NCBI RefSeq assembly: GCF_018977255.1
Contig: NW_024704742.1
Coordinates: 132,000,001-132,064,000 of the forward strand
Length of the DNA: 64,000 bases
Origin: Callorhinchus milii
Lineage: Eukaryota
Direction: 5' to 3'
The position numbers and the translations under genes were made by a program. Of this stretch, positions 1-12,677 are shown in pieces; positions within the stretch are counted from its first letter, which is position 1; each line of letters starts with the position of its first letter. A model generated the notes under the pieces. That model saw only the letters and a program-made list of their open reading frames with translations. It did not search any database and was not told the origin of the DNA.

Positions 1-87
1 ATACACTAAAATCCATTTTAAAGTATATCCTTTGAAGCGTTTTGAGAAATCTCAACAACATGATAACGTGCTATATCAAATGCAAGG

Positions 88-120
<33 letters not shown>

Positions 121-269
121 GTGCCTTTCACGTTGGGAGGTTGTGTTGAAGTGCTTCACAGGATACGCTGTCAAGTGGAGTGACTATGAGTTTTGTGGTT
201 GAATGCTACATACAGAGAGTGAATCTAAACCCAGGTGAGCACTTTCCCCAGGAATGTTTTGCCATATAA

Positions 270-462
270 GTAGTTATTCAAACTAAGACCACAACAATAT
301 TCTAAAGCAACTTGGATAAATATTTGAAGAAGAAAAATATAATACAAGGATTACAGGGAAATAGCAAGACATTGGGATTAGAGTAGATAGCTCTAGTGGA
401 GCTATCTACTCTAAATCTATGGCCTGATTCCATGTTACAATTTCTGTGTGTCTATGATTCCA
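270..462 (+). mobile_element. CR1 3' tail remnant
   Basis: TTGGATAAATATTTG...GGATTAG...ATAGCTC...ATGGCCT...TCTATGATTC, same layout as 6027-6460. Confidence 0.6.
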
Positions 463-1202
463 TAAGCTCTGAAACTCTTCGTTGAAGAAAAGAGATTAGG
501 TCCCCAAATTCCCAATGGATGAACACATCTAAAAGTAGACTAGCAATGGCAAATACATGAGACTGATGTTCTCCTGTTGGTATTCAGGGCAGAATATCCA
601 GACACTTTTTTTAAAAATTCCTTAGAGTTAGGATTTGAAGGTCACGTTTCTCCTAAAGAGATAGCGCTGTAGGTATTCCTCCGGTTTTAATTAAAAGTTG
701 CCGTTGAGAGAATGAGCCAGAGGACAACAGAGGATTGAACCAGAGATTGTTAGGTACAAGTTAAGCGTAATATCTTCCCACAGCTGAGTGTGGTACTTTA
801 TTATGATCCGTTCCCATGGGTTTACAACAAGGAGAAAAAGGTATTTGAAGAATAGGGCAAGACCCGCCCCCCCCCTCTCTCTTTAAGTGCCAACCAGACA
901 GGTATCCTCAAGGCACGGAAGCTATCACCAACTTACATACTTTAATCAATTAGGAGATTCCTAAAGGTATAGCTCTCATCTACCCTTTGACTTGTTTCAA
1001 CTTGGCTAATCCAACTCGAGTTTCCTCATGAGCAAAAGAACTGCTTAAACATGCAGTCCAACTTAATACTGAAACTTATGAACGGGATTGTAGCCTGCAA
1101 GTGCTTTGGCATAGCCAAGAGGTTTAATTTTAGATAGTGTCCGTGATATCATGATGACAGGACATCACGTCAAATTTACTTCTGTTCAGTTCAGCCTAAT
1201 AT

Positions 1203-1620
1203 CATCGTGGCTCTGTTGGTAGCACTCTCATCGCTGAGTCAGATGTTTGGGGGTTTGATCCCAAATAGTCTATGTTAGCACTTTAATGCAGTGCTTGGAG
1301 TGCGGTGTGTTGTCAGAGGTGCATTCCTTTGGATGAGACGTCAAACCGTGTGTTCAGGCAGACATTAAATATCGAAAGGAGAAGGCAGTTTCTCCTGACC
1401 ACGAATGACACCCACCACAATGATCATTTACTTCATGGGTTGCTTGTGGGAGGGACATTGCTGTGAACAAATTGGCTTCCAAGTTCACCTACAAAATGTA
1501 CAGTCACTAGACTTACAATAAAAGCACTTTGAGATGTCCGCCTGAAGTGAAAAGCTCAATATCAAATACAAGGATTGCTATTATTATTATTATTATTATT
1601 TTATTATTATTGATATTATT
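1203..1620 (+). mobile_element. SINE-B (Deu-domain-like tRNA SINE)
   Basis: TGGCTC.GTTGGTAGCACTCTC head; GAGGTGC..CCTTTGGATGAGACGT and GGGACATTGCTGTG..CAAATTGGCT core, resembling AmnSINE1/SacSINE1 from memory; (TTA)n tail. Confidence 0.8.
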
Positions 1621-1648
1621 ATGTTCACTCAGCAAAAGTGGGTATCGA

Positions 1649-1981
1649 TTTTTTTTGGTCAGCTGGGTGTCTGAAACATGCAGAAACCCCTCACCAGGCT
1701 TAAGAGTATCCAGCCAAACTGAGAATTCCATACATCCATCTACACATGGACATTTCAGAGATAGGTTGTTGGAATGGAATGCGCACGTATGAGGCGCAGG
1801 TTGGCAAGAGCCAAGGCTTGGGGACCCCAGATTGTGCAGTTGGGATACAGCTGGAGTCTACCAGCTAAAACCATATAGCTTGCCATTGCTGCTTCTCCAG
1901 CAATGGCACTGCTTGCTTTCCCACTGCTTGTCCAGCTAGGACCACCCTACCCGTTAGGGCTTTGGCTTGCAGGGTTGACAG
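1649..1981 (-). mobile_element. Family C: unclassified poly(A)-tailed retroposon, near full length
   Basis: Seven related copies in the window; on + strand T8-GGTCAGCTGGGTGTCTGA...GCAGGGTTGACAG. Confidence 0.8.
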
Positions 1982-2899
1982 GAGCATACCTTAACTATAG
2001 CTGGAACTTACAGAATCACAAATCCCTGTTGGTCTAAGCTCTGCCCACATGAGGAAAAAGACGAGTCAAGCAAATTAAAAATACTAGGGCCCATCAAAGC
2101 CAAAGGCAAAATAAACACCAAGTAATGATCCTGAATTACTTGGAGGATATTTTCAAGGGACAAAGAAAATGTATTATTATCCTAAAAGTGTTGAGAAAAT
2201 GCAGTAATTACAGTCTATTAGACTGAGTGGCAAATACCAAGAAGCTACTCGATACACTGAATCAATGAATGATCCAAATGATGTTGGTCGAGACACTGAG
2301 TGGTAATGCTGTCGGGTACTTATGCTGACATCAACACTTCAAGAACTTTAAGTAAACTTTTGTTTAAAAAGAGAAAGAGAGAGCAAGTGTGCATATATAA
2401 AGAAGGTCACGCCTGGGCAGTCCAATAGTCCAGTACTTAACGAGTTGTCGGATTCTCACTGAAGCACTCGGCAAAACACAAAACTCCACAGGAGCGATTT
2501 GGAGGCATTGAACATTTGTTTTCACTGTTGTAATGCAAGAATCCACTTATCAGACCACCCACCATTACACACACAAAAAGGTTTATTTTTCCATGCAGGT
2601 TGTGACCTAAATTTCCTCTGCAAACAGATCCATCCCACTGTACTGTAATAATAATAAATCCTTGCATTTGATATAGCGCCTTATTACCTCTTCGAGACAT
2701 GTCAAAGCGTTTCACAGAATATAGTGTAAAATGAATTGACTGTATATTTTGTGGGCAAAACTTTAAGTATGGCTATAATACTATATATGGATCAAGCAGT
2801 GGACTGAGGGAAACATCAAAAGCCAGAGCAATAGCTTCTACATTGCATTGTCTCTTGTCAAGTAGGCTCAAAACTAGCCCGTTTGTTTGTTGTAATAAC

Positions 2900-3286
2900 A
2901 GTAATAATAACAATAACACTTGCATTTGATATAGCTCCATATCCCGTTGATGAGACCTCTCAAAGTGCTTTACAGGGTATACTGTAAAGTGTATTTTGTG
3001 GGTGAAATGTCTTACAATAGTAAACGGTAGCCAGTTTGCACACAGCAGTGTCTCACAACCAGCTATAAAGTGACTGACCTTTTTTTATTTGGGGGATTAT
3101 TGGCCAGGACACCAGGAGAAACTTCTCTTTTCGATTTTAACATCCACATGAACAGGCGGACAGGACCTCAGTATAGCACCTCATCTGAAGGATGGAACCT
3201 CCAACAATGCAACACATCCCTAGGACTGCATTGGAGTGTCAGCTTAGACTATATAATTCCAACTCTCGACTTGGAAACATTTGAAA

Positions 3287-3321
<35 letters not shown>

Positions 3322-3335
3322 AAGGAACTAGGCCA
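2900..3335 (-). mobile_element. SINE-B
   Basis: Collinear with the other SINE-B copies. Confidence 0.82.
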
Positions 3336-3463
3336 GGACTGGAATTCAAAAAAAGAACTAAAGCTTAGTCTGTCTTCAACCGAGCTATCAAGTACCCTAG
3401 AAATGGAGCAATCTCGCTCAGAAAGATAATATGAATAGTTAGCTTAGAAAGTGAAAAGGTATA

Positions 3464-3715
3464 GAACAACAACAACAAATTACACTTGTATAGCACCCTT
3501 TATGTTGGAAAGACATCCCAGGGAGCTGGACAGTCAGGGATTTTTGGTCCCGAGCTGGGAGTTGAGGGGACAGAAGGGGTGGAAGGCAAGGGGGTGGGAC
3601 GGTGGCCGAAGGCACGGTCGAAGAGGAAGTTTTTTAGTCGAGACTTGAAGGAGGCAAGAGAGGGGGTGATGCAGAGGGATTAAGGGATAGAGTTCTAGAG
3701 TGTGGAGGCAGAGAT
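3464..3715 (-). mobile_element. L2 3' end
   Basis: (CAA)n tail, TTGTATAGCACC terminus and G-rich 3'UTR matching the other L2 copies. Confidence 0.75.
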
Positions 3716-4605
3716 ACAGTGGTTCTGTAGAAGCTGCACTCCTAAAGTTGGAGCTAAGGCACATTTAAGTGGACCAAAATATAGTATATGGTTTTACAAT
3801 TTCATAATGGCGCCTTGACTTCGAGTTCTGATAGACATGCCAAGAATCAGCCTAGAATGAGACATCCTTCCAATGTGAAAGGCGATATACAAATGTAATA
3901 TTGTATGGTATTGCATTGCTTGATTACCAGAAGGTTGGATGTTATTGGGGTGGCTGTCATAGAGAATTCTTTAGTACTGTTTAATCGAACCTCCAGACTG
4001 GAAGGAGCTGTGTGCATGTGACAGGCAGGTCTTGAGAGACAGACAGAAGGCTATTTCGGAAGAACTATCGAATTTTATGTTCACGTCCTTTCGATCAGTG
4101 AGGAAAATTGTCCAACCACTTTCAGCGTAAAGGATATTTTTGCCACCCTATAGCTTAAGATCTCCGAAAGCGTGGTGAAGGAGGCAAGTGTTAAGGGCTG
4201 AGATCTTTAAACATGAGGAGGGAGGGGTTTGAGACAAATGGACAGAATGGCTGGAAGCTTGCCCGCCTATGGTGGGATGAATTGGGCAGGGGATTTGGAG
4301 CAGGTCACTGTTAGCTGAGTGGAGGGACCTTAAATACTGAAATACTTAACAATATTCTACATTTACTGACTGAACGTGTATGAAGAACTGAAAGGAGGAA
4401 TTAATTACTATATCCTGGAAGACCACTTCATTCCAGTGCAGCTGTTTGTAATGTTTATTGAAGAGCATTCTTTCTCTTAGACACTTTATTTTAAACAACC
4501 TGTGAAGAGGTGGCCTCTTCTGAAACTGCCTCAAATGAAAGACACCCACAGACCATCAGAAAGATCACTCGGTTTGCCATTTGCCCCCACAAGCAGAGAT
4601 CTTGT

Positions 4606-4860
4606 GGAGTCCTGAAGCTTAGTGGTTAGAGCTCTCACCTCGCAAACGAGAGGACCTGGGTTCGATTCCTGCACAGTGCGAAACGTTAGGCAAGTTTCTT
4701 GCTGTGCGCAATTGGCTCTTGCATTTTGCCCACAAAATATACAATCAATTCACTTTACAGTATATCCTATGAAGCGCTTTGAGAATTCTCAAAGATGTGA
4801 TCAGGCACCAATTCAAATGCAAGGATTATTATTATTATCATTATTATGATCATTATTATT
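4606..4860 (+). mobile_element. SINE-A (tRNA-Ala-like head) with internal deletion
   Basis: GGAGTCCTG..GCTTAGTGGTTAGAGC (A box), GGTTCGATTCC (B box); tail CAAATGCAAGGA(TTA)n. Confidence 0.85.
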
Positions 4861-5669
4861 ATATCCAGATTGCTGCCTGAATTCAGTTCAATTCCAAAGC
4901 CTATAAAAAGATGTTACATGCAGCCATTTTCCCTGAAACCTTGAACGGCGATGACCCAAAAAAGCAGTCTGTTTAAACCTATAAAGACAAGCATCAAAGA
5001 CGGAACTCTCATCTGGGAATTGAGACACCTACAGCAGTTTCATGTTACCGCAGTGTTAAGAACACACAGTGTGAAAACTTTGAAAGCAATGATAAATGAA
5101 TCTGACCAGCAGCACCGGCGCTAGTGTCTGGCATTACACCAACCCTCGTTTTTCACATCATCATATTCCTTTAGCTGTCTACAAACAAGGCTTGTTACAT
5201 TCAACTGTAAGCTTGTACTTGATAAAGAGACAGAGAGATCTTTCTGGCCTCCGCAAAGCTTTGCATATCTGTGAAGCACCCTGCAGACTGACACTACCAA
5301 TCTGGTTGCAAAACGTACAAGCTCAAATGGCTGTTATTCAGACTGTCATGGCATGCTTGAAGGGCATACTGCAATCTGCTCCAGTAGACATTTGTGAAGA
5401 TATCTAAATTGGCTTTGCCATAATTCAGGACGTAATCCAGATTGGCATACCGACACGCTTCGCCCAGATGGGTTCAGCATTTGCCTTCACAACAATTCCT
5501 GGTGTTGACTGAATTCATCTTAGGAACATAGTAACAGTTTCAACAGTAAACAGCTTGCACTGACACTGCCACCTTTCACGTGAAACAACGTCTCAAAGCA
5601 CTTGACAAATTTGTTGCGTTTAAAGCAGGGATGCAGGAGATTGAAAGAAACTTGACCTAGAGCACATTC

Positions 5670-5990
5670 TAAGAGATATCACACAAATGTACAGCACGTT
5701 TCACATTGAGAGGACGTCCCAAGATGCTTAACAGTACTGGTTGGGCACCTGAGCTGGTGATGGAAGCCAAGGTGTTGGGGAGGCGAAAGAGTAACTGAAA
5801 GCATGGGTAAAGAGGTCTCAAAGCGGCCGTTGAAGAAGGTGAGGGTGGTATTTATGGGAGAGACTCTGAGATGGATTTTTTTTAAAGAGGCTTGAAAAGC
5901 AGGGAGAAAAGTAAGAAGATGATATTATTTTTGGAACATATTTTCAAGTGTAAGGTGGCTGAAAGCTCAGCTACCGATGTTTAAGCAAAT
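5670..5990 (-). mobile_element. Degenerate L2 3' end(s)
   Basis: TTTCACATTGAGAGGACGTCCCAAG terminus and GGCTGAAAGCTC (RAFS) motif. Confidence 0.6.
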
Positions 5991-6026
5991 ATAAATTGGT
6001 CTTACCAACTTTAGTTATCTTCAGTT

Positions 6027-6460
6027 ATCAGGAGAGGCTAGAGACGCCAGGATTATTCTCCTTGGAGCAGAGAAGGTGAAGAGGAGACCTAATAGAAGTT
6101 TTCAAAATGATGAGGGGATTCGAAAGGGTGAACAAGGAGAAACTATTTCTACTGGCGGGTGGGTGGGTAACCCGAAGTCACTAATTTAAAATAGTTGTTA
6201 AAAGAAACAGAGGGGTGGTGAAGAGAAATTTTTTGCACAGCGAGTTGTTTGGATCTGGACTGCATTGCCTTAAAGGAAGCCAATTCGATAACAGCTTTTA
6301 AGAGAGAAGTAAATCATTATTTGGGGAGCGCAAGTTTGCAGGGCTATGGGGAGAGAGCGAGGGAGTGGGATTGAATTGGATAGCTCGTTCAAAGAGCCAG
6401 CACAGACACAGTGGGCCGAATGGCCTCCTTCCGTGCTATATAATTCTATGATTCTATGAT
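6027..6460 (+). mobile_element. CR1 LINE 3' end
   Basis: FSLEQRR.RGDLIEVFKMMRG motif; 3'UTR GGGCCGAATGGCCTCC; (ATTCTATG)n terminal repeat. Confidence 0.9.
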
Positions 6461-7363
6461 ACCGAGTTTTATTCAGTCTCGCTGGATGTTTCCCCACCCC
6501 CTCCCACTTGCCAATTGTTCACTTTCCTTTCTCCCCACTTAACATGATCCACATCACTGCGAGTGCTAGGAAGCAGGCAAAGTTGGCATGAAGATGAGTA
6601 ACGCTTTCCTCCCAGTTCACAGAAAATTAAATTCTAAGCGCTCTTCACCTATCTCTCGGCGTCATAAATATATAATCACAGAATATTCCCTCCCCACCCA
6701 TTTCTCTTCTCTTCCTCAAATATGTAACAGCTAAAGTCTGAGAGATACTGCATCTGAACTACTTTAATAAGGGCTTGGAGGAGTATCATTGCCTGTGTTT
6801 TTCATACCAAGATGCAGGAGCAAGTTTCCCGGGACCAGCGTTGGTTCCTTGTGGTAGGTGATACCTCTCATTTAATAACTTAAACTTGATTGCATGCTAA
6901 TGTGTTCTCTGCTGCTACTAATTTATTTAAAGACGGACTATAAAGTCACTCCACTTTAAAATAGATTGAGTGAAGCTCTTTAGACTTCCTCATGACCTGA
7001 ATCAAATGAAAGAGTTATTATTCTATTTAATTTATCTTGTCTTATAATCAACCACCACCCCTTCCAAATGTACTCCCAAATACAAGTGAATTGGCCTATT
7101 CACATCATTGTTGTTTCCAGGGCACCACTGGCATGGATTGGGAGAGGAAAGTGCGACATTTGATGTGCTAATTAGCACAAGCATGATTTCTGCCTCCTGG
7201 ATCCCTATAATTTTGCACATTAAGTGAGGTCTACACATCAGTATTAGGATGTATGTTTTTTCATAAGTAATCAGATTGCAGATGTTATCATTTTTTTGCT
7301 CTGCTCAACCCCCTTCCTATCCAACCTGTGTGGAATGAGAATAAAGCTTGTGTCCCCAATATG

Positions 7364-7655
7364 TTAGAGAGCAAAGAAGGTCAAGGGGAGATTTAATAGA
7401 GGTGTTCAAAATTATGAGGGGTTTTGATAGAGTAAATCATACGATCTGGAATGCATCATCTGAAAGGGTGGTAGAAGCAGATTTGATAGTAGCTTTCAAA
7501 AGGGAATTGGGTATGTACTTGAATAGGAAAAAATTGCACGGCTATGGGGTAAGAGCGGGCAAGTGGGACTGGTTGGATAGCTCTTTTAATAGCTGACACA
7601 GGCACGATGGGCTGAATGGCCTCCTTCTCTGCTGTAAGATTCTGATTTTCTGAAT
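7364..7655 (+). mobile_element. CR1 3' end with internal deletion
   Basis: EQRRSRGDLIEVFKIMRGFDRV...FKRELG; GGGCTGAATGGCCTCC. Confidence 0.85.
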
Positions 7656-8231
7656 TTGACTCAAATTGAATGCTCCTCCCACTCTAGCGAACCATACTGA
7701 CTGGGAGCTGGATTAAGATTTATTTTACAGAGGACCTTCATAGCCAAGCAGAGAGAGACAGTGCTAATCTCATCACTATAGACTGGGTTCAAATCCTGCA
7801 GATGAAAGGCCAGCGTCTGAACCCACTGCAGCACCCAGCATGTAGCAGTACTCCTAAACTAAAGTTTGCACAGGTAAATTAAGAGCAGATAAACAAAACC
7901 TGCTGACCTTGCATTTGGAAACGTATCTTCTGTTTATAGTGTGGCTCCGACTCAATTTGGATCATGTTGATTCTTAATAAATCAGAACCACCTACCGATC
8001 AGGTCTGAAGCTGAAGTGTGCATTGGATGTTATCAAATTACAGTACAAGTCCAACACACACCGGTCAGAGGCAAATAGAAATCCAAGTCACACTGTTCAC
8101 AACAGCATGATTGAAATCCACTTACACAGGAGGTGCTGTTCATTTCCATCCAGGGTAATGGACAAGAAAGGACTTTTACACGGATCACGGATCATATGAG
8201 AGTCAACTAACTGTCTTGGCCCAAAATAAGC

Positions 8232-9000
8232 ATCAGCTTGGTTCGGTTGGTAGCACTCTCACCCTGAGTTAGAAGGTCATGGGGTTAAGTTCCTGGTTGG
8301 GGTTTTGAGCTAACAGACTAAGCTGACACTCCGGTACAGTGCTGGAGTGCTGCATTGTCAGAGGTGCCTTCCATCGGATGAGACGTTAATAATAATAATA
8401 GTAATAATGATCCTTGCATTTGATATAGCGCTTTTCACGTCTTCTAGATGTCCCAAAGCGCTTCACAGAATATACTGTAAAGTGAATTGACTGTATATTT
8501 GTGGGCGAACGCAGCAGCCAATTGCGCACAGCAATGTTCCACAAACAGTCGAAGATTGAAAATGACCAATTTATTATTGTTTTGTTTTTTGGAGGGATTA
8601 TTATTAGGTGTGTGGAGTAAGGAAACTTGCCCAAGGTTTCGCCCTCTGCCTGGAATTGAACTCAGGTCTCTCGCTTGCAAAGCGAGTGCTCTAACCACTG
8701 AGCTACAGTACTCCACTTGTTAAACAACAACAATAACAACAAGGTTACATTTGTATGTCCCTTTCACGTCAGGAGAAGGTCCCAAGGTTAAACCTAGGTT
8801 CCATTGTCAGGTGGACATTAAAAATCCTGTGGCACTGTTGGCAAAGAGAAGAGAATTTGTGAAGTATTACTGTGCATAAATTGGCTGCATCATTAACCTA
8901 CAAAATACAGTCACTACACCTTATAGTAAATCCTGTGAAACACTTTGACACTTTTGGAGGCCGTAAACAGCACTGTAGCAAATTTGAGGATATTATTATT
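8232..9000 (+). mobile_element. SINE-B hosting SINE-A and an L2 tail
   Basis: Head at 8232-8389; resumes at 8787. Confidence 0.82.
8387..8714 (-). mobile_element. SINE-A nested in SINE-B
   Basis: tRNA-like head with TGC anticodon, shared 3' half, (TAA)n; flanking GTTAA duplication. Confidence 0.9.
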
Positions 9001-9174
9001 ATCTTTGTTTCTCGACCGCCACCTTTTTCAGCTCCCGCCCCCCACCACCCCCTGGCTCAGGTACCTAGCCATCTGTATAAAGCACTTTGAGATGTCCTCC
9101 CAACGTGAAAGACACTGTATAAATGCCAATTGCATTGCGTAATAAAACACATGGTTCCAAAAATGGCAGTGGAA

Positions 9175-9236
9175 CTGGAAAGGAGGGGAAGAGTAGGAGG
9201 GAGGAGGAATGGAGGGAGGAGGGGAAGGAGGGGGTG
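9175..9236 (+). repeat. Polypurine (GGA-rich) low-complexity tract
   Basis: GGAAAGGAGGGGAAGAGTAGGAGGGAGGAGGAATGGAGGGAGGAGGGGAAGGAGGGGG. Confidence 0.8.
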
Positions 9237-9784
9237 CGATGAAGCTTTCCATAGTTTGATCCTTTTTGGTTTGGCTAATTCACTTCTAATTCTTCATTTC
9301 AGGATCACTGGAGTTCACCATGTAGAAGAAATAGGAACTATAAACCTAAATTATAGTCGATCAGATTTTATTCACAGCTGAACAGCTAGACAAATTGCAG
9401 CTCATAAAATTTGCCATGGGTCAGAAGACTGAGTAATTTTATTTTAATCAGTCTTATTTGAAGCAGGAATAGAACTGTGCAGCTGACTGCATTGCCTGAA
9501 TCGCCTGTGTGCAGCACCGAGTCAAGGGAGGCTTTATATGTGAATAGATTTAATGCACAATCTGATAGCATGGAATTCTAAATCAGCGAGACTATTTTAG
9601 AATACAATAATTATGTTCCATATGCACATAAGTTCATTGTATATGTTAGGCACGGGACGTGGTGCAAATCTTTTTTTCGATGGAATTAATTTTTTTTAAA
9701 TTGTGAAGCATAACAGGGAAAGAGAAGAGGCGAGGAGATATACCGCGGGAAAAAAAAGTGAAGGGTAAAGATATAATAAAAATA

Positions 9785-10225
9785 ATGATGATTAGAATCA
9801 TCCTAGCATTTGGTATAGCACCTTTCAAATCAGGAGGACACTCCAAAGATCTTCATGGGATTTACTATGAAGTGTAGTGACTGTAATTTGTAGGAGAACA
9901 CAGCAGCCAATTTGCGAACAGCAATGTCCCACAAACAATCATGATGTGAATGACCAACTCTATTTTAGGGGATTGTTATCCAGGGCACAGGAAAAAAAAT
10001 GCTTCTCTTTTTAGTTAGTGGCATGGGATCTCCAGTGTGCACCTAAACAGGCAGATCGACAGCAGTTGAATATCTCATCCAAAGGACAGCATCTACGACA
10101 ATGCAACGTTCCCCCAGCACATTGGAGTATCATCTTAGAATATACAAGTTAAAAATTCCTGATGTGGGGCTTGAACCCACAACCTTCTGATTCAGAGGCA
10201 AGCGTGCAAGACTGAGTTAGACTGA
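9785..10225 (-). mobile_element. SINE-B
   Basis: Full-length collinear copy. Confidence 0.85.
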
Positions 10226-10284
10226 AACATGTATTTGGAGACTGAAAGAGAAAATTAAATCAAGTAAACATAGTGCATTGCATC

Positions 10285-10655
10285 AGTCAGGCTCAGTTGG
10301 TAGCACTCTCGCCTTTCAGTTGAAAGGTTGTCCCAAATTGGGACATTGAACTCCTATCTAAGCTGGCACTCCAAGGCAGTGCATCCTTCATCTGAGACGT
10401 TAAATAAGGGTCCCATCCGTTTGTTCAGGTGGAAGTTTCTATTGTATTTTTCAAAAAGAGAAGTTTCTCCCCCAACATCCTGGTCTACAATCCCTTGGAT
10501 ATTATCGCTTCATAGCTGTTTGTTGGACATTGCTGAGCACAAATTGGCTATCGCATCCGCCTACAAAATACACAGTCACTACACTTTTTGTTATTTAATC
10601 CCTTTGAGATGCTTTGACAGTGTGATAACATGTCTCCTCAAATGCGAGGATTATT
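10285..10655 (+). mobile_element. SINE-B
   Basis: GGCTCAGTTGGTAGCACTCTCGCC head; head-to-head with the preceding copy. Confidence 0.83.
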
Positions 10656-11551
10656 ATACAGAGTGATCTCTTTAGGACGAGACCTGACAGATTAATTTAC
10701 TTATCATCCGCCCTATTATTGGAAGATTCCTTAGCAAACGAGTGTCCACAAGCCACTTTAAGAAAAAGTGGGAAAAGCCAGCTACAAAAATTAAAAACAA
10801 ATTTAAGAATGTTCCTAAATCCTGCATGGTTTTCAACCAAGGGATTAAATAATAAAAATCCTTACATTTGATACCGCACATTCCAGGTCAGGAGGATGTC
10901 TTAAAGAGCTTCACAGGATATATCGTGAAAGTGTAGTAACTGTGTGTTTGTAGGTAAATTCAATCAAGGGGTAAAGAGAGTCAGAGTAACATAAGATGAT
11001 GCATTATTTTATTAAATTGAATTTTTGATATATTTTGCACCGACAGATGGACCGAAATTATTCCCCCGTCCCCTCTGAATACTGTACATTATAATCCTTG
11101 CATTTGATAAAGGACTTTCAATGTCCCTAGCCCTATCTTAAAAGAAGATTATAATGATTGAGCCTCTTGACTAACAATTTGGAAGACTAATCTTCACCTT
11201 ACCACAGTGAAGAAAATCATGTGCAAATCAAAGGATTGTTCTGTGGACAATAGATTAATCCTCCCTTTTCTGCCTTGGTGCCTATTAATGCTGCTGGAAC
11301 TATTATACATCCACATGCCTCTTTAGAGAAGCACCGAGAGCCTTTTTTGGACAAGACTATTTATAAGAGGTCACCGTTCTATATTTATTTGATCTTCATA
11401 TAATAACTAGCTTCACTCAGCTTAAATAGACATAAGACTATGCATACATTTCATTTGCTTTCATATCCTTACAATATACCGGCTGTCAGTAATAAAGCAG
11501 TGCCATTGCTGTAGACATTACTTATACCTGTACTGGATTTTACTACATGCA

Positions 11552-11918
11552 TTTTGATTTGGTCAGCTGGGTGTCTGATACATGCAGAAACCCATCGCCG
11601 TTCTTAGGAGTATCCAAACCAGACTGAATTCCATGTATTGTCATCTAAATGTGGAAATTTCCCTGGGATGCACCCTGCTTACCTAATTCCAGAGAGTGTT
11701 AAGTGCAGGTTGGTGAGAGCCAACAACAACAACAAATTACATTTGGATAGTGCCTTTCACATCAGGAGGATGTCCCAAAGCCAAGGATCAAAGTTTTGCG
11801 TTGAGCTAACTGCTAAAACTGGATAGTTTGGAATCGAGAACACTGTCTGGCAAGCTTCCGATGTTTGTTTAGCTAGGACCACCCTACCAGCTAGGGCTTT
11901 GGCTTGCATGGTTAACAG
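11552..11918 (-). mobile_element. Family C, near full length, with nested L2 tail (~11724-11778, AGCCAA duplication)
   Basis: Same two termini as 1649-1981. Confidence 0.8.
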
Positions 11919-12677
11919 TAGCTGTGCGGGAGGAATCCTACTCCCAGTGAATAATCTGCTACCAACAATTTATGCTGTTGACCCAAGCTTGCTTGTCTAT
12001 CACCCTGATGTTTTTAATGCTTAGGTACATATCCAGTTCCCTTGCAAAAAACTCCAATGATCCGGCCTCAACAGTCACCGATAGTAATAAATTCCAAAGT
12101 CTGACAACTTTCTGAAGAAATGCTTTCATACCTCTCTTCTAAATGTTCTCCTGGCAACGCCAACTTATATTTATATAGCACCCCACAAGCAGAGCAGTGT
12201 CTCAAAGCGCTTAATCAATGACAAAAACAATCCTGAGACTGGGACTCCTTATCACCATTTCTCCAACTAAAGAACCAAAGTCCGAAAGGCTTTTGCCTGC
12301 GTGTTGAAAATTTCTGGGTTTCAAATTAAATAACATTTTGAGGAGGATTCTAGCCTGATAGTTAAACATTTAATTTTTTTCAGCCCATGAGAGAGCAGAG
12401 TGTTCATCTCTTCTAGGCAAACAAACCCAGGTCAAGCAAAAATAAAAGCTAAAAAAATATAACCTGATGCTGCGTCTAAAATTTAGAAAATAGGAAATAC
12501 GATTGCTTTTTTCTGGGGTCAAAAACCAAATGGCGGCACTCAAACACTGAGTGGAGCAACCTTCCAAAACAACAACTTACATTTATATAGTGCCCTTCAT
12601 GTGGGGTAGTGTCCTGGAACACTTCCCAGGAAGAGGGACGCCAAATTCTGTTGTACCTCAATGCATTCCTTAAATAG

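Noticed and set aside
1649..1981. Family C as a solo LTR (TG...CA) or a telomerase RNA/7SK pseudogene
   Set aside because: Consistent A-tails and variable 5' truncation argue against an LTR; there is no CTAACCCTAA template or 7SK/7SL motif that I recognise.
2222..2302. Possible 81-nt symmetric exon (LSGKYQEATRYTESMNDPNDVGRDTE)
   Set aside because: AG/GT boundaries are present, but there is no polypyrimidine tract, the donor is weak and the peptide is unrecognised.
3997..4130. Possible terminal exon (WKELCACDRQVLRDRQKAISEELSNFMF...)
   Set aside because: An open frame this long is expected by chance; no homology recognised and no partner exons.
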